64,000 nt of DNA from assembly GCA_004212795.1 (NCBI GenBank), contig SHBR01000001.1:11324-75323 (forward strand), written 5' to 3'. Every line of letters begins with the position of its first letter. The first letter of the stretch is position 1. The position numbers were made by a program, and so were the translations under genes. Of the stretch, positions 20,612 to 30,740 are shown in pieces. Under the pieces are notes generated by a model. That model was not told the DNA's origin, ran no database searches, and saw only the letters and a list, made by a program, of their open reading frames with translations. Source of the stretch: Candidatus Thioglobus sp. (lineage in GTDB: Bacteria; Pseudomonadota; Gammaproteobacteria; Arenicellales; UBA868).

Positions 20612-21502
20612 ATGACTTTACCCCATCAGAAACCCGTTCTCGGCATTATTGGCGGGAGCGGTTTATATGAGATTGACGGCCTGGAAAACATCCGTTGGGA
20701 AAAATTTAAATCTCCTTTCGGTGAGCCCTCAGACGAATTATTGTTTGGTCAGCTAGATGGAGTCCAACTGGTCTTTCTGCCGCGTCATGGAAGAGGGCAC
20801 CGCCTCAGCCCCAGCACAATAAACTATCGAGCAAACATCGATATTCTCAAGCGCGCTGGCGTGACCGATATCATTTCGCTTTCAGCGGTTGGTTCTTTCC
20901 GTGAACACCTTCCACCTGGCACCTTTGTCATTGCTGATCAATTTATTGATCGCACCTTCGCCCGTGAAAAAAGTTTTTTTGGCACCGGGATGGTGGCGCA
21001 CGTCTCAATGGCTCACCCTGTGAACGCTCGCCTCGGCGACTGGTGTCAATCAGCTTGTGAATTACTCGACATCAAAATGCAACGCGGCGGAACCTATCTC
21101 GTGATGGAAGGCCCCCAGTTTTCGACATTGGCCGAATCAGAGTTATACCGGCAATGGGGTTGTGACGTGATTGGCATGACCAATATGCCCGAGGCAAAAC
21201 TCGCTCGCGAAGCTGAAATGCCTTACTGCACTGTCGCGATGGTGACCGACTTCGATTGCTGGCACCCGGAACATGACAATGTCGATGTGGCCACGGTTAT
21301 CAACGTGCTCACTCAAAACGCGGGCCATGCGAAAGAGCTTGTACGCGCCGTTGCAAAAAAAATGAACGACCGGCCTGCAATATGCCCATCTGGAGACGAC
21401 CGGGCGCTCGATGCGGCTTTAATCACGCACGAGAGCGCGCGTGAACCCACTATCCTGAAAAAGCTGGATGCCGTTGCGGGCCGACGGCTTCGAGAGACTT
21501 AA
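20612..21502 (+). CDS. mtnP: S-methyl-5'-thioadenosine phosphorylase
   Basis: [51 protein letters not shown]. Confidence 0.93.
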   Translation: MTLPHQKPVLGIIGGSGLYEIDGLENIRWEKFKSPFGEPSDELLFGQLDGVQLVFLPRHGRGHRLSPSTINYRANIDILKRAGVTDIISLSAVGSFREHLPPGTFVIADQFIDRTFAREKSFFGTGMVAHVSMAHPVNARLGDWCQSACELLDIKMQRGGTYLVMEGPQFSTLAESELYRQWGCDVIGMTNMPEAKLAREAEMPYCTVAMVTDFDCWHPEHDNVDVATVINVLTQNAGHAKELVRAVAKKMNDRPAICPSGDDRALDAALITHESAREPTILKKLDAVAGRRLRET

Positions 21503-21503
21503 T

Positions 21504-22031
21504 ATGAAAATTGAAACCCTTATTCGATCCATCCCTGACTATCCCAAGCGTGGGGTAATTTTTAGAGATATCACGACCCTGCTGCAAGACCCACAAGGAT
21601 TTCGCTATACCGTAGACCAGCTGGTTGCGCCCTTCGCGGGCGGCCAAATCGACTGCGTTGCGGGCATTGAGGCCAGAGGCTTTATCCTGGGCGGCGCGGT
21701 AGCACACCAGCTCTCGGTCGGCTTCGTTGCGATTCGAAAAAAAGGCAAACTACCTTGGCAAACCATCTCGGAGGAATACCAGCTTGAATATGGTAGCGAC
21801 GAAGTCGAAATTCATACCGACAGTCTCATCGCTGGCCAAAATGTACTCATTCTGGATGATCTAATTGCCACTGGAGGGACCGCCTGCGCTGCGGTGGCCC
21901 TTGTTCGCAAAACTGGCGCTCATGTTGTCGGTGCCAGCTTTGTCATTGATCTCCCGGATCTGGGGGGTCGGACGAAGCTTTCGGAAATGGATGTCCCCGT
22001 GCGCACCTTAATCGATTTTGCCGGTGACTAA
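21504..22031 (+). CDS. apt: adenine phosphoribosyltransferase
   Basis: [42 protein letters not shown]; ATG at 21504, one base after the mtnP stop. Confidence 0.96.
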   Translation: MKIETLIRSIPDYPKRGVIFRDITTLLQDPQGFRYTVDQLVAPFAGGQIDCVAGIEARGFILGGAVAHQLSVGFVAIRKKGKLPWQTISEEYQLEYGSDEVEIHTDSLIAGQNVLILDDLIATGGTACAAVALVRKTGAHVVGASFVIDLPDLGGRTKLSEMDVPVRTLIDFAGD

Positions 22032-22062
22032 TCGCAGGAAATGCGAGCAAATAAACAGAACG

Positions 22063-22482
22063 TCATGGTAAAACCATCGGCGGCTGTCCCGCACGCGAAC
22101 GAATTTTGTTAATCGCGTTGTGCACAGCAGGCATGCCGACCATCTTTTTCTCCAAACCGCGCTTTCCTGGAAAATCCAACAAACTGATCCCGATCAACAA
22201 GGTGAGAATACCTTGACCCGGGAGTACCAACATTAAAATCCCCATCAGCACAAACAAGACGCCGACTAGGTTTTTTGTAAACAGCGCAACAACTCGCAAT
22301 AGCGGATGCCGTGAACGCCACCCACCGGGCGTCGTGTCTGACCGAATAAAATAGTCAGGGCTCATTCGGGCAATCGCAACATAAATCAGCGCGGCATAGA
22401 TGACCGCCAACACGAGAGAGCCCACTAATATCGTACCGGTCAACCCGGGATGCGCTTTGAACCAATTTAAAATAGCATCCAT
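22063..22482 (-). CDS. PGPGW-like small membrane protein
   Basis: Hydrophobic segments with MLVLPGQGILT and DFPGKR motifs. Confidence 0.7.
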   Translation of the reverse strand: MDAILNWFKAHPGLTGTILVGSLVLAVIYAALIYVAIARMSPDYFIRSDTTPGGWRSRHPLLRVVALFTKNLVGVLFVLMGILMLVLPGQGILTLLIGISLLDFPGKRGLEKKMVGMPAVHNAINKIRSRAGQPPMVLP

Positions 22483-22614
22483 TTCTTAACGTCTCGTCCG
22501 CATCAATCGACTTAACCAATGATCAGTTTTTCTGAACCAGAGGCGATCGGGTCGAATCGAATTAAAATAACCTGGGCGAACTATACTTAGTGCTCAAATA
22601 AAAATCATAATCCG

Positions 22615-24747
22615 ATGCACGTCTCCTCAGCACGCCTCAGCGCCGATCAAATTTTAGAGCAACTAAACCAGACTCTAGACCCTGTCCTTTCCTCGAGTCG
22701 AACCGCTGCCCGCCCGGCAGCCGAATTGGCGTTATGCAGTCACCCTGAACAATCGTTCGCGCTTCACTGGCTTGAAATCATCGCCCGAACGAACTCTGAA
22801 CTTGGATTTCAATTTATAGCCCACGTGCCGCATGCCTTTCGCAATATGAGTTTAGATCAGGTCGAGACATGGCTTATTCGGGCGATGGATATTTATGACC
22901 GACAAGGTCTTTATCCCGGCAGTCAATCTCTTGCGAACGTTGATGATTTTCTGAGGACGGTCGAATCGTCAAAACGCGAAGCGCGTCTCGACAGCCGGTT
23001 GAATTCAATATTAGTTCACTATCTCGACGGGCTTTCTGCTCGGTCGCTTCATATCAAATCAGGCGCAGCGCCTACGACGGATACAGAAACAATCTTTCTC
23101 CCGGAGACGCTTGACGTATTTAATTCGAAAGCACAAAACACCGCACTCTATCGAATGCTCGTCACTCAATTGTGGGCCCAAACCTACTTTGGAACCTTCC
23201 GGCGCAAAGACCAAAAAACCCCAACGCTTTCAGATCAACTTGATCAATACAGTGACCCGGCGCGGGCGCGGGTGATTTTTCAACGCGTTGAGCAGGCCCG
23301 CCTCGATGCGTGCATTAAACGCTCCTTCCCCGGGCTTGCCCGTCAAATGAAAGAACTGAACACGACTGTTCAAGACTCTAAATGGCACACATTGATCGAG
23401 CCTCTTTTAAACCCTCACTGCACAGTCGAGGACTCACTCGAACTGGTCAACACGCTGTACCACTCAAAAGCCGTGATTCCAGAGACATTACCCTGGGCTT
23501 GTGAGATTGACATTATTCATGGGCAACAAACAACCGACGCGCGGGTGGCAAAAAACCAGCGTGAGCTGGCGGAAGCGTTATCAAATTGGCTCGAGGATGA
23601 TACGCAACGTACAGATATTCTTGATTCAGTAAAAATTGAAAATGCCGAAAATGAGGCCGGCGCCGATCAAGACCCACCTTCGTTTACCCTGAGTCTTGAT
23701 GGCACCGTCCTTACGCCCCCAGAGGAAATCCAAAATCTTATGCAGTCGATATTTCTCGATCTTGGAGAAATACAATCATCCGGGTCATCGGGCGCTTCCG
23801 AGGACGATCAATATGACGGGCACTCCTCAGGTGGCACCCCTGAATCATCAACAGAATCACCGATAGCAGCACCAGAGGACGCCCTGGTTTATGACGAATG
23901 GGATTTCCGGCGAGGGCACTATCGAAAAGCGTGGTGCTACCTAAAAGAGCTCGAAATGCCAGAAGGAAAAATCGACTTCTACGCGCAAACCATTGAAAAA
24001 TATAAGGGTTCTTTGATTTCGTTGCGGCGGAGTTTTGAAACACTACGCAACCGAACTCAGCGACTAAAACATCAAAAAAATGGCGATGAGATTGATCTGG
24101 ACGCGTTAATTGATGCTCGCGTCAGTGCATTTTCAGGCGCCGAAATGAGCGATCAAATTCTTTCGCGTCTCGATCGGCGCGAACGCGATATCGCGGTCAT
24201 TTTCATGGTTGATGTGAGCGGTTCGACTAAAGGATGGATCAATGACGCAGAGCGAGAATGTCTCGCGCTCTTGTGTGAGGCTCTCGAGATTCTGGGGGAT
24301 CGTTACGCAATCTACGGGTTTTCAGGAATGACACGAAAACGTTGCGAGCTTTATCGAGTTAAGGAAATCAACGAGCCTTTCTCGCAAACCGTTAAATCAA
24401 GGATCGCTGGAATCGAACCGCGAGACTACACGCGAATGGGTGTCACCATTCGCCATCTCACAAAAATTATGAATCAAGTCTCAGCACGGTCAAGACTGTT
24501 GATTACCCTGTCGGATGGGAAGCCTGACGATTACGATGGCTATCGTGGCGAATACGGTATTGAAGATACCCGGCAAGCCCTTATTGAAGCGAAGCGCGCG
24601 GGCATTCATCCGTTTTGCATCACAATCGATCAACAGGCACGGGAGTACCTTCCGCACATGTACGGCGCCGTAAATTACACCGTTATCGACGACGTGCGCC
24701 AACTGCCGACCAAGGTCGCGGCCGTTTATCGACAGCTCACGATCTGA
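22615..24747 (+). CDS. CbbO/NorD-type VWA-domain adaptor of a CbbQ-like ATPase
   Basis: TDTETIFLP, YDEWD, GDEIDLDA, MIDAS DVSGS, YTRMG..IRH, LSDGKPDD, YGIEDTR, PFCITID. Confidence 0.9.
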   Translation: MHVSSARLSADQILEQLNQTLDPVLSSSRTAARPAAELALCSHPEQSFALHWLEIIARTNSELGFQFIAHVPHAFRNMSLDQVETWLIRAMDIYDRQGLYPGSQSLANVDDFLRTVESSKREARLDSRLNSILVHYLDGLSARSLHIKSGAAPTTDTETIFLPETLDVFNSKAQNTALYRMLVTQLWAQTYFGTFRRKDQKTPTLSDQLDQYSDPARARVIFQRVEQARLDACIKRSFPGLARQMKELNTTVQDSKWHTLIEPLLNPHCTVEDSLELVNTLYHSKAVIPETLPWACEIDIIHGQQTTDARVAKNQRELAEALSNWLEDDTQRTDILDSVKIENAENEAGADQDPPSFTLSLDGTVLTPPEEIQNLMQSIFLDLGEIQSSGSSGASEDDQYDGHSSGGTPESSTESPIAAPEDALVYDEWDFRRGHYRKAWCYLKELEMPEGKIDFYAQTIEKYKGSLISLRRSFETLRNRTQRLKHQKNGDEIDLDALIDARVSAFSGAEMSDQILSRLDRRERDIAVIFMVDVSGSTKGWINDAERECLALLCEALEILGDRYAIYGFSGMTRKRCELYRVKEINEPFSQTVKSRIAGIEPRDYTRMGVTIRHLTKIMNQVSARSRLLITLSDGKPDDYDGYRGEYGIEDTRQALIEAKRAGIHPFCITIDQQAREYLPHMYGAVNYTVIDDVRQLPTKVAAVYRQLTI

Positions 24748-24792
24748 ACAAGTGCTTTTTTTAACTGGTTTTTACTAGGCAGACAAAAAAAT

Positions 24793-24821
24793 TTGACCTC
24801 CCTATATGTTGGGCGTATTCT
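24793..24821 (+). promoter_or_regulatory. putative sigma70 promoter of nrdJ
   Basis: TTGACC (24793-24798), 17-bp spacer, TATTCT (24816-24821). Confidence 0.6.
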
Positions 24822-24847
24822 CTCCTCCACGCCACTACATATAGTGT
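24799..24847. promoter_or_regulatory. tandem NrdR boxes
   Basis: TCCCTATATGTTGGGC (24799-24814) and CCACTACATATAGTGT (24832-24847) match acaCwAtATaTwGtgt, 33 bp apart, upstream of an RNR operon. Confidence 0.85.
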
Positions 24848-24994
24848 TTCCAACGATGCCTGCCAAGAAAACGTGGCGTCAAAAACTTCTGGCAAATCAG
24901 GAAAAATGTAGAACTCCACAGAAAAAAGAGCGTTTTTAGCTCGTCTCTGGGGATGTTTATGGTCAAAAAAACCGACGGCGGATAGACAACATCG

Positions 24995-27115
24995 ATGAAA
25001 ACAGCGACCAACCTTAATGCAGTAGCCCGCCCGGAAGAGATTCCGTTTCAGAGCGCTTCTGTTGATATTTGGGAAAAAAAATATCGCCTTGCAACCAAAT
25101 CAGGTGAAGCACTAGACACTGATATTGATTCCAGTTACCAGCGCATCGCAAAGGCGCTTGCAGATACCGAAGCGCCCGAGAAGAGAGAAGAGTGGTTTGA
25201 AGCTTTTTTGTGGGCATTGCGAAATGGCGCAATTCCGGCAGGACGAATCGTTTCGAATGCGGGCGCCACCGAACATAAACCTGCGACCAGCACAATTAAC
25301 TGCACAGTATCCGGCACGATCCCTGATTCAATGAATGGGATTTTGGGTCGGACACATGAGGCAGGGCTTACATTGAAAGCAGGCTGCGGGATTGGCTACG
25401 AGTTTTCAACACTGCGCCCTAAAGGGGCGTTTGTGAGTGGTGCAGGGGCCTATACCTCTGGACCTTTATCTTTTATGGATATCTATGATGCGATGTGTTT
25501 CACCGTGTCGTCTGCAGGAGGACGCCGGGGGGCGCAAATGGGGACCTTTGATATCGCTCACCCTGATATCACGGATTTCATTCGGGCAAAACGCGAAGAT
25601 GGGCGACTTCGGCAATTCAATCTATCTTGCCTGATAACAGACAAGTTCATGCAGGCGGTCAGAGATGACGAAGACTGGGAACTCGTTTTCCCAGCCAACG
25701 AGGCTGAACTCGCTGAAGAGGATACGCGCGTGATTTGGCGATCTTGGCCAGTGACCGCGGGCTACCGGACCAACGAAGTCGGTGAGGTCGCGTGCAAGAT
25801 TTATGAAGCCATCCCGGCGCGAAGGCTTTGGAATTTAATCATGGCATCAACTTATGACTACGCCGAACCCGGATTTATCCTGATCGATCGAATTAACGAA
25901 ATGAACAATAACTGGTTCTGCGAGGATATTCGCGCAACCAATCCCTGCGGGGAGCAACCGCTTCCCCCTTATGGGAGTTGCCTGCTGGGCTCCATTAATT
26001 TAACCCGCTTTGTTAACGCGCCGTTTACCGAAGCGGCCAGTTTTGACTGGGAGCGATTCAGCAAAGTCGTCTCAATCTTCTCTCGAATGCTCGACAACGT
26101 TGTTGAAGTACATGGACTCCCGCTAGAACAGCAGGGCCACGAAATCCAGCACAAGCGCCGCCATGGCATGGGCTTTTTAGGTCTCGGATCTGCGTTGACC
26201 ATGCTTAGAATGAAATACGGCGAAGCACCCTCGCTGGAATTTACCGAGCAAGTGTCACGGGAAATGGCGAAGGTGGGCTGGGAAACCGGGCTAGAGCTCG
26301 CCAAGGAAAAAGGGGCCGCTCCAATTATGCTCGAGACCTTCAAGGTCACGCCAGAAATGCTGGCCCAGCGCCCCGAAATGGTAGCGGACGGATACTCAAT
26401 TGGCGATCAGGTAAAAGGATCAGTATTGATCGCGAAATACAGCCGTTACATGCAACAGTTTGATTCAGAACTAACGGATCAAATCGCGGAACACGGCGCA
26501 CGCTACAGCCATCACACGTCGATTGCACCGACGGGCACCATTAGCCTTTCCCTGGCCAACAATGCAAGCAACGGCATCGAGCCATCATTCGCACATCTTT
26601 ACAGTCGCAACATTATTCGGGAAGGCCGAAAAACAAAAGAGAAAGTCGACGTGCTTTCATATGAGCTTTTAGCTTACCGGGCGCTGGTAAACCAAAATGC
26701 ATCCCCAGGCGTTGAAGGCCCCGACGCATTACCCGACTATTTTATTAGTGCTGATGACATCTCTCCAAAACAACATGTCGATGTGCAGGCTGCAGCCCAG
26801 AAATGGATTGATTCTTCAATTTCAAAAACCGCAAACGTGCCCACAGACTTCCCGTTTGAAGACTTCAAAGATATCTATATGTATGCCTATGAAAAAGGTC
26901 TGAAAGGTTGCACGACATTCCGCTTCAACCCAGAAGTATTTCAGGGCGTACTGGTCAAAGAAGAGGATCTTGAAAACACGACCTATCGGTTTACCTTGGA
27001 TGATGGGGAAATCGTTGAAGTTAAGGGCAATGAAGAGATCGAGTACGACGGTGAAACGCACACCGCAGCTAATCTCTTTGATGCCTTAAAAGAAGGCTAC
27101 TACGGTAAGTTTTAA
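24995..27115 (+). CDS. nrdJa: adenosylcobalamin-dependent (class II) ribonucleotide reductase, catalytic subunit NrdJa
   Basis: PAGRIVSNAG, TINC, GGRRGAQM, ATNPCGEQPL, SIAPTGTIS, SISKT.N, GLKGCTTFR. Confidence 0.93.
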   Translation: MKTATNLNAVARPEEIPFQSASVDIWEKKYRLATKSGEALDTDIDSSYQRIAKALADTEAPEKREEWFEAFLWALRNGAIPAGRIVSNAGATEHKPATSTINCTVSGTIPDSMNGILGRTHEAGLTLKAGCGIGYEFSTLRPKGAFVSGAGAYTSGPLSFMDIYDAMCFTVSSAGGRRGAQMGTFDIAHPDITDFIRAKREDGRLRQFNLSCLITDKFMQAVRDDEDWELVFPANEAELAEEDTRVIWRSWPVTAGYRTNEVGEVACKIYEAIPARRLWNLIMASTYDYAEPGFILIDRINEMNNNWFCEDIRATNPCGEQPLPPYGSCLLGSINLTRFVNAPFTEAASFDWERFSKVVSIFSRMLDNVVEVHGLPLEQQGHEIQHKRRHGMGFLGLGSALTMLRMKYGEAPSLEFTEQVSREMAKVGWETGLELAKEKGAAPIMLETFKVTPEMLAQRPEMVADGYSIGDQVKGSVLIAKYSRYMQQFDSELTDQIAEHGARYSHHTSIAPTGTISLSLANNASNGIEPSFAHLYSRNIIREGRKTKEKVDVLSYELLAYRALVNQNASPGVEGPDALPDYFISADDISPKQHVDVQAAAQKWIDSSISKTANVPTDFPFEDFKDIYMYAYEKGLKGCTTFRFNPEVFQGVLVKEEDLENTTYRFTLDDGEIVEVKGNEEIEYDGETHTAANLFDALKEGYYGKF

Positions 27116-27154
27116 TTTCGCTCAATAAAGCGTACTGCTGAATTAGGAAAAAAA

Positions 27155-27886
27155 ATGGCCATCAAAATTGCCAAATCGATATCCAACTTTGAGGTCGTGA
27201 CCCAAAGTTCAGAACCGTCTACAACCGAGACCCCTGAAGCGCCAATCATCATTGGACAGGATGAAGGGCTCCCCGCGAATGTCGTTCAGATGCATGAAAA
27301 AGTGGAACGGCCAGAGATGTTGGTGGGAAGCACCTATAAGATTAAAACACCGCTTTCAGATCATGCGCTGTACGTCACCATCAACGATATTATCTTAAAC
27401 CCTCAAACGCCTTATGAGAAACGACGCCCATTTGAGATCTTTATAAACTCAAAAAATATGGACCACTTTCAATGGATTGTCGCGCTAACCCGAATTATTT
27501 CCGCGGTGTTTCGAAAAGGGGGGGATGTCACTTTTCTTGTCGAAGAGTTGCGTAGCGTATTTGATCCCCAAGGAGGCTACTTTAAACGCGGCGGAAAATA
27601 TACGCCCTCGCTGGTGGCCGAAATTGGCGATGCGATCGATAGTCACATGCGAATGATAGGAATGATTCGTGATGAGGGATTAGACGAGCATCAGCAAAAG
27701 CTCATTGACGAAAAGCGCCGTGAATTTGAAAACCAGAGTCAAGCTGCGATAAGCGATACAGAAGAAGACAGTACGCCAACGTTCCCGCCAGGATCGAGGC
27801 TCTGTCTTAAATGCCAGACCAAAGCAGTCGTTCTACTCGATGGCTGCATGACGTGTCTTAACTGTGGCGATTCAAAATGTGGTTAA
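27155..27886 (+). CDS. nrdJb: class II RNR second subunit NrdJb (TSCPD plus Cys-rich C-terminus)
   Basis: GSTYKIKTP, RPFEIFINSK, VFRKGGD, CLKC...DGCMTCLNCGDSKCG. Confidence 0.9.
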   Translation: MAIKIAKSISNFEVVTQSSEPSTTETPEAPIIIGQDEGLPANVVQMHEKVERPEMLVGSTYKIKTPLSDHALYVTINDIILNPQTPYEKRRPFEIFINSKNMDHFQWIVALTRIISAVFRKGGDVTFLVEELRSVFDPQGGYFKRGGKYTPSLVAEIGDAIDSHMRMIGMIRDEGLDEHQQKLIDEKRREFENQSQAAISDTEEDSTPTFPPGSRLCLKCQTKAVVLLDGCMTCLNCGDSKCG

Positions 27887-28181
27887 GATTTAGGGGCATA
27901 AACGACTGTGATAGACGACTAGACTAATTAAATTTAGTTTTATCGGCTGAACTCTGGCCATCGCTTTTTCTCCTGTTCTGAACCGATAGCGAGTTGCTAT
28001 TCTCAGACCCGTCGTCCTTGATAACTTTATCGCGAAAATTAGCAAATATGCTGTTATGAATGGGAGCTATGCTTGAAGCATCCCAAGCATTGGTTAATAT
28101 CCATTTATTGATTAACTCCTCATACTGCGGCGCCAACGCATAAAATAAAGGCTTCGTAAATAATTATGAGTCAGAACTCTA

Positions 28182-30650
28182 ATGAATGCGATTTATTCAA
28201 GCATAAAAACGTTTGTCCGTCTTTTTAGAAATTTTTGGCTCAGCTTGTTTGGCTTCGTTCGCATAGAGGCTGACTTAATTGCTGGCAAAGACGTAGATCA
28301 ATGTCACGGAGGCTTCGTTGCGCTTGGCATAGACCCTCAAATTATTATCCGCTCGAGGTCTAAAAATTTATTCCCAGGGTGGTATCTCATGTCCTACCGG
28401 GCACAGGCGGGTTTCTCTGACTGTGTATTTGTCCCGTCGATCTATCCTTTACATATGTCGGAGCCGGGTTCAACTCCTCGCTTTGTTCCAACGAACTTTG
28501 GCAACACCCCCGATTCAATCGGATTGATTTTTGATCAGCCTGATGCCCGACCAAAGCCCACCGACGGCTCTTATAGCTTGAAAGCGCACTTTTCTGGAGA
28601 GATTCATCATCTAATCAACTACCGCTTCTCAGCTGCTGGTTTTCGTTTCGATCCTTTTGATGCGGACTACCCTCGAACCCGTGAACCTTTAAAAGGATGG
28701 TTTGATATCAAAAACCTATCGATAACTCGATTAGGATTTATACCGCTAATATTTTTTTGTTTTCGAACTTTGTTTCTCAACTACCCTGATACGCCTGTCC
28801 ACCATTCGTGGAAAACGGGTGTCGCGTTGTTTGCAAAAAAAGGGAAGTCGAGCCTCTTACACTGGCTCACTCACCAAACGTACCAAAAAATTCAACCCTC
28901 ACCCTCCCTAACTTATTGGTGGAACTTCTATCAATCCACACGTCGGTGTACTGAGAAATTAACATCTCGCACAACAGGATCGGCACTGATTTCTTTAGTA
29001 CTTTATTGTGATAACAGCACCAAGCTGCCGTTAAATCCCTGCATCCGGAGCATTATCAATCAAGATTGTTCTGATTTTGAACTCCTTGTTGTTAATCCTG
29101 AAGCAATGACTGATGAAGATCGATTTAGCTTGAGAAGTTTCAGACGAGCGTCTCGATGCGTCATAACAACTTGCGCTGAGATTCATCAAGAAATAGAAGG
29201 AGAATTTTTTGCAATTCTTGACCAATCAGTTCTACTTGAGCCCCATGCAATAGCAAGCTTCAAAAAAGCCGTCGAACTGCATAATCCAGATATTGCCTAT
29301 GCCGATGAAGTGTTCGTGTCGGGAAATTCATTAAGCGTAAGTCAAATAAGCCTAAAGCCGGCGTTCAGCATTGATTATTTTCTAGCATCTGGATTTATAG
29401 GTCTTCCTAGTCTTGTGCGCCGTAATTTAGTCGGCCCAACAAACAAATCCTGGATGCAGTGCAGCGCAAACGCTGTTTCTGAATTGCTTGTGTTAAGCGC
29501 TCTTCAAAACACGAAAAGGGTGCTCCATATTCCTGATCTTTTATCACGAAGAATATTCACTTCAGGCGAACCTCATACCTCGCGACTATCTCCTCAAATC
29601 GTACAACGTCAGTTATGCAATATCGGGTTTACGCAGGCTTCAGTAGAACCATCAAAAGACAGTGCGATCTTTCACATTCGATTTTATGAAAAAAACAATG
29701 GGAAAACAGCCATCATTATTCCCACAAAAAACAACCTAGTCCTTTTGCGACAGACCGTGGATTCGGTTAACCAGACTGTGCCTAAAGATCTCTATGACCT
29801 GGTCATTGTTGATCACGAATCCACTGACCCAGATTGTCAGATGTACCTGGACGCTCTTTCTAAAGAACATATTGTTTTATCTTATGAGGGCGTCTTCAAC
29901 TTTTCCAAAATAAACAATTTCGCTGTTTCTCAGTTGAAAGCGGAATACGACGCAATCCTTTTTCTCAATAACGATATCGAAGCGTTCCGGACAGGATGGC
30001 TAGAGAGCATGCTCGATAAAGTCTTAAGACCAGATGTTGGCATTGTAGGCGCAAACCTTTTATATCCTCATGATCCTGGTCATGAGAACCAACCGACCAT
30101 TCAACACGCGGGCGTCATTCTGGGTATCGGCGAAGCAGAACACTTCATGAGAGATGAAAGATACTATGACCCCTACGCGGGCGAAAAAAACCCTGACGCT
30201 AATCAGCCTGCACTCGTTACCCGTGGCTTCAGTGCGGTGACCGCTGCCTGTCTGATGACTACGCCGCAAGTGTTCAAGGAAGCGGGAGGATTTGATGACA
30301 GCCTTGCTGTCGCATTTGGCGATGTTGATCTGTGCCTAAAAGTGGACAATCTTGGCTACAAAGTTTTGTGCGACGGTGAAGCCGTGTTAATACATCATGA
30401 ATCGGCTACTCGGGAAAAGGGGGGTGATATAGATCCCCATCCTTTTGACTCAGAAAAATTTAAACACCGCTATCGATATGATGTCAAACAGGGAGACCCG
30501 TTTTATCACCCGCTCCTGGTAAAAAACAACTTTCGATATCGACCAATACGCAACCCAATACCTCCTTCCGATCCGGCCTACCGGATCGTAGACAATCCTG
30601 GCTTTGTTAACCCCGGTCTTAACTCTAATACACCTGATCGACCAAACTAA
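28182..30650 (+). CDS. multi-domain GT2 glycosyltransferase (surface polysaccharide)
   Basis: IIIPTKN, FNFSKINN, LFLNNDIE, IQHAGV, AVTAACL, GGFDD...DVDLCL, HHESATR; degenerate upstream GT-like region; visibly AT-richer than flanks. Confidence 0.85.
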   Translation: MNAIYSSIKTFVRLFRNFWLSLFGFVRIEADLIAGKDVDQCHGGFVALGIDPQIIIRSRSKNLFPGWYLMSYRAQAGFSDCVFVPSIYPLHMSEPGSTPRFVPTNFGNTPDSIGLIFDQPDARPKPTDGSYSLKAHFSGEIHHLINYRFSAAGFRFDPFDADYPRTREPLKGWFDIKNLSITRLGFIPLIFFCFRTLFLNYPDTPVHHSWKTGVALFAKKGKSSLLHWLTHQTYQKIQPSPSLTYWWNFYQSTRRCTEKLTSRTTGSALISLVLYCDNSTKLPLNPCIRSIINQDCSDFELLVVNPEAMTDEDRFSLRSFRRASRCVITTCAEIHQEIEGEFFAILDQSVLLEPHAIASFKKAVELHNPDIAYADEVFVSGNSLSVSQISLKPAFSIDYFLASGFIGLPSLVRRNLVGPTNKSWMQCSANAVSELLVLSALQNTKRVLHIPDLLSRRIFTSGEPHTSRLSPQIVQRQLCNIGFTQASVEPSKDSAIFHIRFYEKNNGKTAIIIPTKNNLVLLRQTVDSVNQTVPKDLYDLVIVDHESTDPDCQMYLDALSKEHIVLSYEGVFNFSKINNFAVSQLKAEYDAILFLNNDIEAFRTGWLESMLDKVLRPDVGIVGANLLYPHDPGHENQPTIQHAGVILGIGEAEHFMRDERYYDPYAGEKNPDANQPALVTRGFSAVTAACLMTTPQVFKEAGGFDDSLAVAFGDVDLCLKVDNLGYKVLCDGEAVLIHHESATREKGGDIDPHPFDSEKFKHRYRYDVKQGDPFYHPLLVKNNFRYRPIRNPIPPSDPAYRIVDNPGFVNPGLNSNTPDRPN

Positions 30651-30740
30651 ACTTCACGACTCGTTAGGCAATTAATTGATATATTATTTTTGTAGCTATT
30701 TGTTTGACATCCATTCCTACTTCCAAACCGAGCTAAATGC

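Noticed and set aside
27924-28136. 70-aa minus-strand ORF in the nrdJb-GT2 gap
   Set aside because: TTG start, no RBS or motif; more likely promoter DNA, though a small protein cannot be excluded.
30651-30740. SAM riboswitch or MetJ box upstream of the MetY-like gene
   Set aside because: No matching consensus is visible in the short AT-rich gap.
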